NCBI RefSeq assembly: GCF_011386835.1
Contig: NC_088795.1
Coordinates: 45,508,001-45,572,000, forward strand
DNA: 64,000 nucleotides
Reading direction: 5' to 3'
DNA from: Chrysemys picta bellii
Taxonomy: Eukaryota
Of the stretch, positions 1 to 14,085 are shown one piece after another. The notes below the pieces were generated by a model. The model saw nothing but the letters and a program-made list of their open reading frames with translations. It ran no database searches and had not been told where the DNA came from. Each line of letters starts with the position of its first letter. Position 1 is the stretch's first letter. Made by a program: the position numbers and the translations under genes.

Positions 1-2059
1 CAATAAGAATGGGATAACCAATGAAATGAAAAAGACAAGAAATGTTAATCTAATAAAAGGAAATACATTCTTACAAGACACATGGTTAACTTGTAGAATT
101 CACTAACATGAGTAAGCAAGTCCAGGTAAACCCAAGGCTCATCCATAGTCTTTACTTCAACCTGCTAACTCATAGGAAAATGACAAACTGCATTGTCTTC
201 GTTAGGATTTTACTTTATGTTATCTGGTGTTAGCTAACACAAGTTAAGAACACAACTTTTGAAGTGAAGATAAGACCCTGAGAGTATAGAGGATGAGTAT
301 AGCCACTATTTAACACTGGAGTAGGATAGTTGTATCTGAATAAGCAGATGTTTCTTACTCCATATACAAAAATAGATAGCCAAAGGACAGTTGTTGTTAT
401 TATTGTAATGTATTTTATAGGCCAAATTCTCCACTTAGAAGTGTACAGCTGAACTCAGTATTGATATTCTGCTCTCTGTAGATGCATGGAACTCCCATTA
501 ACCAATGCATCAATTGGGACAACAAAAATATTAGAGTCATGGTCTGATGGGAGAACCTGAGAGGAGAAATGTGTGTCATGTTTTACTAAAGCAATTTAAA
601 AAAAACATACCAATACTTAATACATTAGGGTAGGCTAAAGCCATAGAGTTACTACCTGAAATGAATGTCATAAAAGGGTTGAGCCGCTTTAGTCGAAGCC
701 TGACCTAACTGGTTTTCATATGTTGTGATACATTGACCACATTTTGTCGCGATTATCATCCGGCTGCTGCATTTTCAAAAAGTCAAGTTACTATGTGTTA
801 AATCTATGTCATTTATATTACATGATGTGACAGCATGCTATTCTAAATTATATCTGGATATATTGTATCAGGTTATGCTGCAGTAAATTGCAGTGCATCA
901 CATCACACATATTACATTGCATTGCAATTTAGTGGTATCAGGTAGTTAGGAAATATTCCTGTCCATCTCCTTCCTTTAACTTAGCAGGTAGAAGTACAAT
1001 ATATCACCAACACAATACTTCTAAAATATTTTTGGGGGAAGGGGATCACTGTGAAGCATCCTGTTACCCACTTGCTGGCTGAGCGCTCAAGCCAAGGAGA
1101 AGCAAAAGAGAGGATTATGTAGTATCAAAAAAAAAAAAAAAGAAAAAAAAATGCATGCACTTCATGAATCTAATGAGTAACACACCACTTACTGTGGGTC
1201 AGTTTTGGAAACTGAAGTAGTCACTAACCTGGTCATTAATCTCAACCTCTTTTTTCATATCAAGGATAGTGCACCTTATACCATTCCCTCCCAACTGATT
1301 CTCAGTATCAGGGCTGTCAAACTAAACATGTTTAGTGCCAACTCAAACAAACCTCTAGTAACTCTTCCACAGACAGGCAAGACCCTAAGCCTCCAGCCCA
1401 GAGAATTCAAATCTTAAAACAAAACTACACTGTGCTGTGTAGCCCAGGGGACCCAGCGAGAAAATCCCTTGCAGTTCCACTGTTTCTTTATGGAATGGGA
1501 GGGGGATCTTATAGTGTGTGCAAAGGTTTTCTTATTTTCTGACTGATAGGTTTCATGGGAATGTTTATATAATGGGCACAATCGGGAAGAAAAATATTGC
1601 TCTAAATACAAGAGAAAAAAAATTAGGAGTTAAAGTTCTGGTGTCACAGTGCATTGGCCAATCTGTAAGGATAGCTGGTTTCCTGAAAACCAGCACATCA
1701 CAGATTTTTCCCTAAGTCATGTGGCTCTGAAATTACTAACAGATACAGAAGTTTAGCCTCTCGTTTCTTTCCCTGTTTTGCTTTAAACCCTGCACATCCA
1801 TGTGGTGGATTCACACAGTTTCTAAAGCAGATCCCTTTCAGTGACAGATCTTCAGGCACCCTGCAGCTTGTGTTAATGAGAAGCATTGGTTTCAAATCAA
1901 GGCATCAAAAGAACAATTTTCTCAGAACATTATCCTGTAAGGGGTCTCTAAAGCAGCTTTCCCTCTGGATTTAAACAATCTATGCTACAAACAGAATCTC
2001 TCCAGTTAGATTTATGATGTGAGAAGTAACACCATTTTGGACAAGTCTTTTGAATGAAT

Positions 2060-2185
2060 ATAAGAACATAACAACCACCATACTGGGTCAGACTAATGGT
2101 CCATCTAGGCCGGTATCCTGTCTCTGACAGTGGACAGTGCCAGATGCTTCAGAGAGAATGAAGAGATCAGAGCAATTGCAAGTAA
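2060..2185 (-). mobile_element. CR1 LINE 3' end fragment (TTCTTATG-tail subfamily), old
   Basis: ATAAGAACATAAC tail followed by catactgggtcagactaatggtccatctag...gtatcctgtctctgacagtgg, recognised as a reverse-complement turtle CR1 3' UTR; diverged. Confidence 0.6.
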
Positions 2186-2273
2186 TTTTTTTCCTCTAAC
2201 CAAGAGCTCAGTTCAGCATAGTGTCCAATTTTCATGACTGACTCCAAGAGCACCCATGGCTCAACTATGGCTA

Positions 2274-2410
2274 ATCATAGAATCATATAATATCAGGGTT
2301 GGAAGGGACCTCAAGAAGTCATCTGGTCCAACCCCCTGCTCAAAGCAGGACCAGTTCCCAACTAAATCATCCCAGCCAGGGCTTTGTCAAGCCTGACCTT
2401 AAAAACCTCC
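2274..2410 (-). mobile_element. CR1 LINE short 3' fragment
   Basis: ATCATAGAATCAT tail plus ggttggaagggacctc...ccaaccccctgctcaaagcagg...aaatcatcccagccagggctttgtcaagc; homologous to 4526-4665 in this window. Confidence 0.9.
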
Positions 2411-2525
2411 TTAAGTCTGACTCAGAAGCCAAGAATTTCTCTTCTCTGCTCCCATTTCCTGTTCAATTTTGGCATCCATGTGGAGCAAGAAGTCCCTATA
2501 GAATGTGTACTACATATATTATATA

Positions 2526-3285
2526 TAGGGCTATCATTTAATCACAGTTAATGCAAGCGATTAATGCAAAACAAATTAACTAGATTTTAAAAAATAGTCA
2601 TGATTAATTGCAGTTTTAATCGCACTGTTAAACAATAATAGAATACCAATTTAAATGTATTATAAACATTTTTGATGCTTTTCTACATTTTCAAATTCAA
2701 TTACAACACAGAATACAAAGTGTACAGTGCTCAACTTTATATTACAATAGTGCCATGTGACTGCCTGCCCTTATTTCCAGGTGACATTGTAAATAAGAAG
2801 CGGGTAGCATTATCTCCCGTAAATGTAAACTTGTTTGCCTTAGTGACTGACTGAACAAGAAGTAGGACTGAGTGGACTTGTAGGCTCTAAATTTTTACAT
2901 TGTTTTATTTTAGAGTGCAGTTATGTATCAAAATAATAATAATTCTACATTTGTAAGTTGCACTTTCATGATAAAGAGATTGCACTACAGTACTTGTATG
3001 AGGAGAATTGAAAAATACTATTTCTTTTGTTTATCTTTTTTAAAGTGCAAATATTTATAATAGAAAATAATAATAAAGTGAACACTATACACTTTGTATT
3101 CTGTGTTGTAATTGGAATCAATATATTTGAAAATGTAGAAAAACATCCAAACTATTCATAATAAATTTAAATTTGTATTCTATCACTTTAACAGTTTAAC
3201 AGTTCAATTAGAACTGCGATTAATCATGACTATTTTTTAATCTTGTAATTAACTGATTTTTTTTTTAAATAATTTGACAGCCCTA
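2526..3285. mobile_element. Non-autonomous hAT DNA transposon
   Basis: TIRs TAGGGCT(A)TCA / TTGACAGCCCTA; perfect 8-bp TSD ATTATATA (2518-2525, 3286-3293); homologous to 31122-32959. Confidence 0.88.
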
Positions 3286-4083
3286 ATTATATACTATCAT
3301 CCTGGGCACTTAAAACTCCACCTGTTCTGCAGGGGATTTTCCTGCTCTTCGGGGTGAATTCTGTTGAATAGCACTACATTCTTTAAAACAGAGAAACTCT
3401 CCAAGACCATAGCAATTTTAAGGGGCCAAGATTGTAAATCAGCTGAACAAAGTCACAAAAAATTCAATTGTTTACAAATAATGTGGGCTGGTTCTCAGTG
3501 GCATAACCATCCCACAGTTCATCATGCATGAAGGATAAAACTGGGGCTGGGTGAAGCAATTAGGTTAAAATAAGAACCATTCTGAACATTCACCCAATCT
3601 CTCTTTTGAGGTTTGAAAAGTATGGCTGGTTGACTAGTTAGTTAATTTAATTTTTATGCCTGTGGTGATCTATCATAAAAAGACTATTTCTGACCCAGCC
3701 AGAAATGGGAGCCACTGAACATATCATATGAAGGACTGTTCAAACCAGCAATCTCCCATTGCAGGCACAAACCAGGAGTGAGACAGTTGTGTCAACGATG
3801 GTCATTGTATCATGCTAGCTAGTTAGCAGTAAGGCCATTTAAGTACCATATAAAGGGTCCAGACAACTCCAACATTTGGAAGAGACAAATAAATGTGTAA
3901 TTCAAATCTTTAAAAGGAGGAGATGCTTTCCAGCAACATGTCATACTTTCCAGCAATAACAGTTGTTTGTAGGGCCAGTTGTTACAAATACTGCACTTCC
4001 ACTTCTCCCTATATACAAAGGAATTTGTGTTTAGGGTTGGACTTCTCTCCCTTTCCCCTCCCCAGTCATCTGTAAAAATGGTG

Positions 4084-4170
4084 GGACAGATTGTCAGCTG
4101 GTGTAAACAATCATAGCTCTGTTACGGTCAGCGCAACTATGCCTGTTCATACCAGGTGAGGATTTGTCTC
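4084..4170. mobile_element. Ancient palindromic MITE (Harbinger/Chompy-like); similar degraded copies near 7390, 9800, 21420, 25470, 25610, 28500, 29670, 63800
   Basis: Imperfect palindrome gggacagattgtcagctggtgtaaac...cataccaggtgaggatttgtctc; other copies share a TGAAGTCAATGG-type core. Confidence 0.5.
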
Positions 4171-4525
4171 ACAGTGTTAGCGTTCACTGGGGCACTATCG
4201 GAGACCACTAGTGCTTAAGCAATCCCATCAGCTTTGATTTCTAACGTAAGTAAGTGTTTCAATGCTTGTAGGTACTTTTAGGACTTTGGGTGTCATGATA
4301 GCCAGTTATGAAGGGCTTCCGTATATCATGCCCCAGCTCACCGCATATCTGCAAAAGATCCAAAATGTTTTGTTTCTTGTTTCTGTAGCTATTCTAAATT
4401 CCAGTCTGTGTGTTGTGTCTCTGCATCCAGTAGTAAAGGGACAAGCATGTCCAGTATATTACCATAAGCAAACCAGGAAAAGGTTTTATGTAGTTAGAGT
4501 ACTAATTTATTTTACTTTGTTCCAT

Positions 4526-5791
4526 ATCATAGAATCATAGAATATCAGAGTTGGAAGGGACCTCAAGAGGTCATCTAGTCCAACCCCCTGCTCAAAGCAG
4601 GACCAATTCCCAGCTAAATCATCCCAGCCGGGGCTTTGTCAAGCCGGGCCTTAAAAACCTCCAAGGAAGGAGACTCCACCACCTCCCTAGGTAACGCATT
4701 CCAGTATTTCACCACCCTCCTAGTGAAATAGTTTTTCCTGATATCCAACCTGGACCTCCCCCACTGCAACTTGAGACCATTGCTCCTTGTTCTGTCGTCT
4801 GCCACCACTGAGAACAGCCGAGCTCCATCCTCTTTGGAACCCCCCTTCAGGTAGTTGAAGGCTGCTATCAAATCCCCCCTCATTCTTCTCTTCTGGAGAC
4901 TAAACAATCCCAGTTCCCTCAGCCTCTCCTCATAAGTCATGTGCTCCAGACCCCTAATCATTTTTGTTGCCCTCCGCTGGACTCTTTCCAATTTTTCCAC
5001 ATCCTTCTTGTAGTGTGGGGCCCAAAACTGGACACAGTATTCCAGATGAGGCCTCACCAATGTCGAATAAAGGGGAACGATCACGTTCCTCGATCTGCTG
5101 GCAATGCCCCTACTTATACAGCCCAAAATGCCGTTAGCCTTCTTGGCAACAAGAGCACACTGTTGACTCATATCCAGCTTCTCGTCCACTGTGACCCCTA
5201 GGTCCTTTTCTGCAGAACTGCTACCTAGCCATTCGGTCCCTAATCTGTAGCAGTGCATGGGATTCTTCCGTCCTAAGTGCAGGACTCTGCACTTGTCCTT
5301 GTTGAACCTCATCAGGTTTTTTTCGGCCCAATCCTCTAATTTGTCTAGGTCCCTCTGTATCCGATCCCTACCCTCTAGTGTATCTACCACGCCTCCTAGT
5401 TTAGTGTCATCTGCAAACTTGCTGAGAGTGCAGTCCACACCATCCTCCAGATCATTAATAAAGATATTAAACAAAACCGGCCCCAGGACCGACCCTTGGG
5501 GCACTCCGCTTGAAACCGGCTGCCAACTAGACATGGAGCCATTGATCACTACCCGTTGAGCCTGACGATCTAGCCAGCTTTCTATCCACCTTACAGTCCA
5601 TTCATCCAGCCCATACTTCTTTAACTTGGCAGCAAGAATACTGTGGGAGACCGTATCAAAAGCTTTGCTAAAGTCAAGGAATAACACATCCACTGCTTTC
5701 CCCTCATCCACAGAGCCAGTTATCTCATCATAGAAGGCAATTAGGTTAGTCAGGCACGACTTCCCCTTCGTGAATGCACGACTTCCCCTTC
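4526..5791 (-). mobile_element. Young 5'-truncated CR1 LINE (PsCR1-like)
   Basis: (ATTCTATG)n tail at 4526-4543, 3' UTR and an uninterrupted RT frame; nearly identical to 48170-49431. Confidence 0.97.
4614..5775 (-). CDS. CR1 ORF2 partial: reverse transcriptase C-terminal half (5'-truncated, cannot encode the full protein)
   Basis: ORF track 365 aa with [21 protein letters not shown] and KFADD motifs, ending DKAPAGMI. Confidence 0.92.
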
Positions 5792-7099
5792 CCCATTGCT
5801 ACCCCAGAGGCCTACTCAATAGCTGCTGAAGTCTGTGGAAGGAGTCACACTGTCTTCAGTGCGCACTGGATGAGGCCCGAATGCCAATAAATATGGATCA
5901 AGCTGATGACAGTAACCTCTCCAACCTACCCACATCAGTAGAACATGATGAACGTGAATAGGCAATATCTTTACATCGGCATTTATGAATACAACTATGA
6001 AACTAACAGCAACTCATATGAACATATATTCATTTCCTTCTGCACCCAGGTTGTTCTCAGGAGAAGAAATCTCATTTTTGTATACTCACCTTTGACTATG
6101 ATCACACAATAGAAATATTTCTCATTCAGAACCAACAAGTGCAAATCTTTGCCTTTGACTCACTTAAAAAGGCCTCACAGCATTCATTATTTAGGGGTCT
6201 GACCCTCTGACAGGTTGCCTCCTTCAAAAGACTAGGGGCACAACATGTGTCTTACGCTCTGTGAGATTCATTCCTTTCAGGTTCAGTTTGGCCATAATAC
6301 CACAATCTAGCCTGAATTTGCCTTCTCACCAAGTGCCTGCATGCTGTATGACCCAATTACATATATTTGGAAACTTCAAGCAGTCTTTATGGGTTTTGAC
6401 AGCATTTCCAAGTGACTCTTTATCCTGAGTTTATGGGTTATGGTTAGGGATGTGCTCCAGCTCTGAGTTAAATTAGCTTTTAAAAATATAGCAACAGTGC
6501 AAGACAAATACTGTATTAATCCAATTTGCATGAGCTAGAACAACATAGAGGGGGCATAAAGATGTTTTAAAGGAGAATTCCCATGTAGAAAATCCTCAAT
6601 CCAGTTAATTTTGGAATGAATGCAGAGATGTTCACGACCTCATTTTACAGGCTTCTGTAAATAAGGGGTGCAGCACATTTTGTTTGAACAGAAAAAGGAG
6701 TTCAAATTTTGCTTATTAACCAAACCCCTAAAATCTATACTGAATCTCCATTGGTCATACTAATATTTCTTCAGATTTCACTGAGAGGAGCCATTAAACT
6801 TTGTGCCTAAATAAACCGGATCAAGGATATAAGGCAATTATGTGTTCATGCAAAAGACAGCACATTTTTGTCAAGACACCTCATAACTAAATCTGTTTGT
6901 GTCACCACATGAATCCAGAAAAATGGCCATATCTAGCACTACCCAACATTTTACCTTCCTGCTCCCAGACTTTTTCTCTGTGTATTGTCCACAATGAGAA
7001 TTTCTGTAAGTTTTGACCACCTGCTCCCAGATGTTTCCCTTAAAGGCACAGTATTAGGGCAGCAAGGGGGAGATAAATATAATATTAATAATAATATTG

Positions 7100-7265
7100 A
7101 TAATAACATCTAGCCCTTTTCATCATTAGATTTCAAAGCATATCATCTCCATTTTACAGATGGGGAAACTGAGGTACAGGGAGGAAGTAATTTGCCCAAG
7201 GTCATTCAGCTGGACAGTGGCAGAGCCAGAAATAGAGCATAGGTCTCCTGAATCTCAGTCCAATC
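7100..7265 (-). mobile_element. CORE/MIR-like SINE fragment
   Basis: ccattttacagatggggaaactgagg...aatttgcccaaggtca is the reverse complement of the CORE domain. Confidence 0.75.
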
Positions 7266-10149
7266 AGTCCCCTATTGACTAGGTATGAGTGACCTTCCTC
7301 AACCTTTAATCAGTGTGAAGGATAAATAATAAAAATAATTAATAGTAAGCCAAACTACTACTGATTATTTGTTTTAGTGACTGCCTTGGGGTGTGATCCT
7401 GTTCCCACTGAAGTCAATGGCAAACTTCCTTTGTCTTCAGTGGGACAGAACCAAATCCCTGGTTTCCTTCCCTTCCCCAATAGAAGGACAATAATCACAC
7501 AAGTTTAATATCTATTTTTCTGCTTTAGAAGTAACATTGAAAAAATGTACACAAATGTCACTGTGTATTTTTTTTCCATTCATGGACCTGACTTGTGATT
7601 TGCCCTTGGAAAACTCAATAAAAGAAAATACAAAAAAAATAAGATATAATGGAAGTATGATCAGCCCACAAAGCCTTTCTTGGACTTAGTTTTTGGACAT
7701 TTTTGTGTTTAAGATATTTTTAAAATTGCATTAACTGAATTGAGAACTATTTTTCCCCATTCCCTCATCTCTTCCCTCTTTTCAGACTAATCTATTCAAG
7801 TACTTTGGGGACTGCCAATTTGGAACATCCCTCTGACCTTGACAATTGGCAGCTGTGATCAATCACTCATAAAATCCTGCATGTCAGCTAGAAACTAGTT
7901 GTGCTTCTTAAGCAAGTCAATCTGTTAAATAGCTTAAGACATAAATCCATACAAAACATTTGAAAAACAAACCCATTTGAGGAAGTATTGTTTTATGACT
8001 CTTTAAACTGAAGATGGAGCAGAAACTCCTCATCCTTATTATTCTGAACTGCTCACAGATACTACAGAGATATCTTTTGTAGACAGTGGGGAAGATGGCT
8101 CACTTTCTGGTGAAATTTACTAATCGTGTATATTGGTCCACATTGCCCATCTCAACAGTATAGGTAGATCGATAGATGATAACCAACTTTTTCAGGCAAT
8201 TGAAACAGTTTATCAGACCTAAACCTAATTTATAAGTTCACAATCAGACGCTACTGCCTCCAATTCAATAGTCTATACTATCATCTGCAATCAAGCAGAC
8301 TTCTCCAAATCCCAGTCTTACAATTAGCCCAGACTCCACTGCAGTTTAGAATGCACAAAATGGAAGCTCATTTAGAATCCAAAGTGCATGAACTAGTGGG
8401 CATATCAGTGGGGCAGGAACCACTGCTATCATAGAAAATGGAGGAAAACTTCTCCCTTACTATGTATGTACACTGACTAAACTGATACCAGTAAACAAAG
8501 AAGCCAGGCTTTCTAAACTACACTGAGAAAGCAGGAGAAATCTGTAAATCTTACCCTGATTCCTAGGAACTAATTCTGATTTTATTCGCCAAGATGCAAA
8601 CTAGGAGGAGTAATTCAATGGAGTGAGGCTATGCCTGCTACTGAAGGCAATGGAGTCTCTCACCTTATACTTATAATGCAAGCTCTTCAGGGCTCTTGTT
8701 ATAGATCTGTACAGGGCCTAGAACCACACAGAGGCTGAGGTCTCTTGGCATTACCACAGTACAAATAATAATACCTTATCTACAGAAAGCTGAAAAATGG
8801 GCTTTTGAACTCATCCAACTACATGCCTGTTGGTAGAGGCAGGAGTGTCCTCTCTCAATTCCTTTGTATTGAGAGCAAAGTATACTATTTTCATAGGACA
8901 GGAAGGTTCCTATTGTTAAAATTTCCTACCTAAGCCAGTTCCTCAAGTAAGTCTGATCCAATATACCTTCCGACCTAAAATAGCAAAACTCTGATTGCCT
9001 TCAGTGGGATAAAATCAGATTCTAAACTCAAAATGAGGTTGGGTCTATTAGTGTCTAGCATTATTCAAATATCTTTTAATCAGTTCTGGATTGTTTTAAT
9101 AGATTAGCTTTTTCTCATTTTCTTCCTTATTTGTATTCAGCAAGTTGATTTATATTTTCTTGAGTAACAAAGCATAATTCTTTAAGATGAGAGACTACAA
9201 ACATATTGGAACTAATGTGCAAAGCAATGCACCATTCAACTCAAATGTTAATTTCCTTTCCCCTGAAGAAATGCTTCAGGTCTTCCAAACAAACTACCAG
9301 TACATCATGGAAAAGAAAATCCATAAAAGCTATATTACAGACCACAAGAAAGCAGGCAGAACAGAATTTTGGCAGAATCAGCTTAGCAAGGAAACTCGTA
9401 CTCTTCCTAATTATTTCTGTTTTAAAAAATACTGTGTCAAATGATTTCTTGGTCCAGTTTACTCGTTATTAAGATTCTATACACGATCCAGCATCCCCAG
9501 ATGCTCCTATGAATATAATTTAAATAATGTGTAAAACCTTTGCATATTTAATCTGTCGCTTTAAGCAAAAAAAAAAAAAAAATCTAGCTCTTTCTCCCTC
9601 CCCACTTTGGACAAAACAAAATGAAATAGTAATTTTAAAAACTCAAATGTAGAAGCTAATTCTAATCTTTTTGGAATAAATTAGTCATTTGCGACTTTAT
9701 CAAGTAGTATGAAATGAGAAAGAATAAGAAAGAAATTAAAGAGGTAGTGAGTCGCAGAAAGCAAAGGAAGTGAGAGAGGAGAAATAGACACAACGAGAGG
9801 GTCAGCAGTCAAATGCCCATTGAAGTCAATGGGAATCTTTAATGGGCTTTGGATCATGCACAAATGAGGATCGTGCACAATAAAATCTGATCACCAAAAA
9901 AAGCTTGTACAGCATGAGGCTGCCTTGCACCATCTTCTGGAACCAGGAGAACAAGTCCAGATTGCCTCTCCCTGGACTGGATCCAACTCCCACTAAAATC
10001 AATGGAAGCTGAGTCAGGTCCCTAGCAAGCACGGCATTATTTTATTTTAATTTTATTATGTGATAATGTAATGCTTTTTCAGGGCTTCCAGAGCTGTAAA
10101 TCATATTGTTACTCTTCTGCCTCAACAAGAAAGAGGTTTGTTATTGCTA

Positions 10150-11350
10150 AACTGTGTGCCAGCTCCCTGACACACCAATGTTATTCAGCCCAACAACTCC
10201 TCAGGACTCTGCCAGACCTTTCCTTGACTGTCAGGTAAGTCTGGATGCCCCCAGTTCCCAACCACCCTGGAAGAACATCCCTCTGTAGTACCCTGCCTGT
10301 CACTGGACACTTACAGAAATTACCAAGTCCACTGTCTCCAAAGGGAGAGAGTATACACTCACCTGCTGGCTTAGCTGAGGATGTACACCTCACTTCAATA
10401 TAACAGCACTGATATGAATTTATAATAAAACAAGGAAAGTTTTTTAATAAAGAATAGAGATTTAAGTGATACTAAACAGAGATACTAGAAACAGAAAATG
10501 GATACGAAAATATAATCAAGCTTCCTACGTTATTCACGTAGCTGAAGTTGAACTATCTTAGTTCGAACTTACCACGGGTCCACACGCGGCAGGCAGGCTC
10601 CCCCGTCGACTCCGCGTACTCCTCTCGCCGAGCAGGAGTACCGGCGTCGATGGTGAGCACTTCTGGGATCGATCAGGGATCGATTTATCGCGTCTAGACA
10701 AGACGCGATAAAATCGATCCCAGAAGATCGATTGCTTACCGCCGGACCTGGAGGTAAGTATAGACGTACCCCTAGTGACTAAAACTTAACTCAACAGGCT
10801 GCTACCCTAACTAAGATAGTTCTCTTACCTAAAACAGCCTTTCAGCATCACCCTGCCATGTGGTAGGGGATCCACCCCTCAAAGACACAGAAAGCACTGA
10901 CCTTTGTCCCCTAAGTGATGAAAAACAAAGGGGTTCTCTCCCCTTCTTCTTCTAGTCCAGTAAACCTTTGAAATGCATTTTATTTTGAAGTGTATCCCCA
11001 GATAAAGTTCTCTGCCCCTGCTGTTTGTGCCCCAGAGAGCTGACACCATGCTGTCTTCCTCACCCTTCTCTCAATTTGCCTTCCTGTTAATTCAGATGGA
11101 AAGGTAACATCCATAGTTTCGGGCTTTAGGCAGACAGGTACATCAATATTCTTTTGTTTAGGACAAACTTGTTTATCAACTCTGCCTCCAAAATATATTT
11201 AAGGAACCTATTTCCAGCACACATACATAACTCTTTACATACCATCCATACATGTCAACCAATGATATTAATGACCAGTGTATCACCAGCTTTCATTTGA
11301 TACTTCACATGACACTCTTTATAGATAAATACTATGACAGCAATGTGTTG
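10150..11350 (-). mobile_element. Degraded solo LTR (Gypsy-type, turtle), interrupted by a Harbinger MITE; boundaries approximate
   Basis: Recognised turtle LTR blocks (cacttcaatataacagcactga...; gatattaatgaccagtgtatcaccagctttcatttgatacttcacatgacac); termini and TSD not resolved. Confidence 0.5.
10524..10771. mobile_element. CpG-rich Harbinger-type MITE, left end truncated
   Basis: Ends in TATAGACGTACCC TIR; internal palindromes gatcgatttatcgcgtctagacaagacgcgataaaatcgatc and ctacgttattcacgtag. Confidence 0.8.
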
Positions 11351-13450
11351 GGAGTTAGAACAGTGGGCCCTCTGCCAGTTGGCATTAAAAAGCTTTTAGG
11401 GTCACAGATAATAAAAATGATTTCCACTCTGAGATTGAAGGGAGGTGATTTTTTCCACTGTCTTTGCAAAACTCTGTTGTGTAAAGTAAGAGCTGTGAAG
11501 GCAAATTTTAAAGATAGGATGCCATTGGTTCATCCTCATCAAGGCCCAGGATATGGTTTAACAGAGGTTAATGAAATATTGTGGTGCCACTTGTCCATGT
11601 GAGGGACACTATCTGGTAGGCTCAAAGGATGGTGGTAGTGTCTTCAGAAGATTACAGGCTAAAAGTCTAATAGAATGTGCAGTTTGACTGGTGTCTATTC
11701 AATATTTTATTTTGGGTTACACGTAGTTTGGGAAAAGGTGAAGTGCCAGATTCATTTCCAAGTTCATCCTACAGAGAAATTTCAAGTTTCTTATTCCAGT
11801 TTGTTCTGGATAAAGGTGAGGATGACCATATTTAACCACTAGTATCACTGGCCAGAGAAATAGCATCCCTCTGTTTTGGAGGTAAACTACTGAGTGGAAA
11901 GGTGATGGGTTCAGAATTACAATGGCTGGTGAAATTTCCTCAGTTGGATGTCCATGGAGGAAAGATTCCAAACCATAGGAGATCTACAGAAATTCATCAA
12001 CACGTAAATATAACAATGTATCTTTCCTAGCATCAAACATTTTACTGTCCTATAAATGAGCAGTTTACTACTGGTAGATGAAACCCATTGCTTCCTGGGG
12101 ATTAAAACTATTGTTTTTGAGTGTGAACCTCACATCTTGTCTTGATAATCCATGACAGGAGATAGGAGATTAGGCAAACCACCTGTCCGCTCTCTGCCTC
12201 AGTTTCCTCATCTGTAAAATAAAAATAATGGGTAATATCTGTCAGTTATTGAAAGAATGATACTTTTCATAACTGGATGTCAGACATTGGCTTCACAAAT
12301 CCATATTTAGGCACCTAAATAAGTGGCCTAGTTTGTAAAAGGGCTGAGTCCCTAATAGCTCCCACTGATTTCAGTTCTACTAGATATCAGATAGATTACA
12401 GGTTTCAACTTCATTGGAAGCTTGTTCTGGGTTGTCAGGTGCCTAAATATGAGTTAAGAAGTCCAGCTTTAGGTGTCTAGCTTTGAAAAAAATTTGGTCA
12501 ATACCTACCTACCTGACAGGGTCATTGTGGGGCTTTCTTCATGTTTGTAGAATAAATCTGAGGGTCACTACATAATGCAATATAAGTGCAAAGTATTGGA
12601 ACTATAAACGTTTTGGGGAAAACATGGTCTGTGATCAATATTATTATTATTATTAAAATAAAATCCACTATGATCAATGTATGGCTAATCAAAATACAGT
12701 TTTGAACACTGAGTATCCAAAGTCATGTTCTGATTGGACAATTCGGTCTTTCCAATGATGTCAGGGCCACGTACCAATTCCCAAGGTTTTATGTCTGGAT
12801 CTAATTAAGAAGCTAAAAAATAAGAAAATCCCTATGAACTTTGTGATAAATGAGTTTTTAAACCTCATTTAATAAAGGGAAGCATCTAAAGCATTTTTTT
12901 TAGAATCAAGATTTCTATAAACCCAATATTTTTCCTTTGTTGCTAGAAAAATCCTGATCCTTCTTCCATACAGAAATTGCTGCAGACATTATTTTGGAAA
13001 AACAACAGCTGCCAGAAATGACAACTTGGATCAATTTCATTTCCCTTGGGATCTTTTGCAAGGGATCTTTTCTTGAGTACTATCATTTACTCTTACAATT
13101 TCTTCTTTTCCAATCTTATTTCTTATTTACATTCTTGCTTACTTTAACTTCTTTTTCTGTTTAACTTTTGTAAATAAAACCTATGCCTGTTAAATAATTG
13201 TTTTGTTCAAAGGAGATATTAAGGGCACAAGAACTATATTAGAAATATTCTTTTCTATTGGGTGTTTATTTTCAAAAACTTGCCACATTCAAAATCTTCT
13301 GCATATTTGTCCATTAAAATTAGAATGAAATGTCATGTAATCTTTTCTGTTTTACTATTATAGATTACATTAATAAATACAATAAATATTTTAATCAAAA
13401 ATTACAGGAAATGGGGATGGTCAGGGAATTTTTTTTTAACTCTCTGTCAC

Positions 13451-14085
13451 TGTTACAGGGCAAGCTGCACCTCTCTCATCTTTCTGGTCTCTTAGGGTAT
13501 GTCTCCACAGCAACTAGACACCAGTGGCTAGCCTGTGCCAGCCGACTTGGGCTCCTGGGGCTTGGGCTGCTGGGCTGTTCCTCTGCTGTGTATGTTAGAG
13601 AGCTTTCCCTTCACCCTCTTCTATTTTCTGTCTCCGTGACAAGAACCAGGGAAACCAGAAGTCCGAAGTGCAGGCAATGTGATGTTTATTGGAGTTAGTT
13701 TCCAGCAAGTATGTGTCTTACAACTCTGACACCGTAAAGCCTTGTTTCCCAGTGTTCTGTCTCCTCCATAGGCATAATTATACCTGAAATGAATTCCCAC
13801 AGTCCCACCCTTACAACTTATGGTCATGTTCAATTTGGGGGAGGGAGGAGTCATGAGTCTGGGGTTTTCATCCCACCCCTTTTGTACCCCATGGGAGGGA
13901 TAAGGAGTCAGCTTGTGCTATGGTAAGGGTCAGGTATTTCTCTGGTCTTTAAGTGTTTTACCTCCCCTCACCCCCATTCCCTCTTGCCCCTCCCAGCTGG
14001 TTGCTTGACCTTGCCTTGAGTTAAGGAGTTGAGGCAGTCTTCAAGTGTGCACTCGTATATTATATCCCCACCATGCCCAGTAACA
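13451..14085. mobile_element. Probable solo LTR containing a short Harbinger MITE (about 13496-13594)
   Basis: TGTTAC...GTAACA inverted termini; nested GGGTATGTCTCCACAGC terminus preceded by TTA; no clear TSD for the LTR. Confidence 0.55.

Noticed and set aside
4941-5559. Plus-strand ORFs of 86 and 100 aa, duplicated at 48390-49008 on the minus strand
   Set aside because: They are antisense shadow ORFs of the CR1 RT frame, duplicated only because the CR1 copies are
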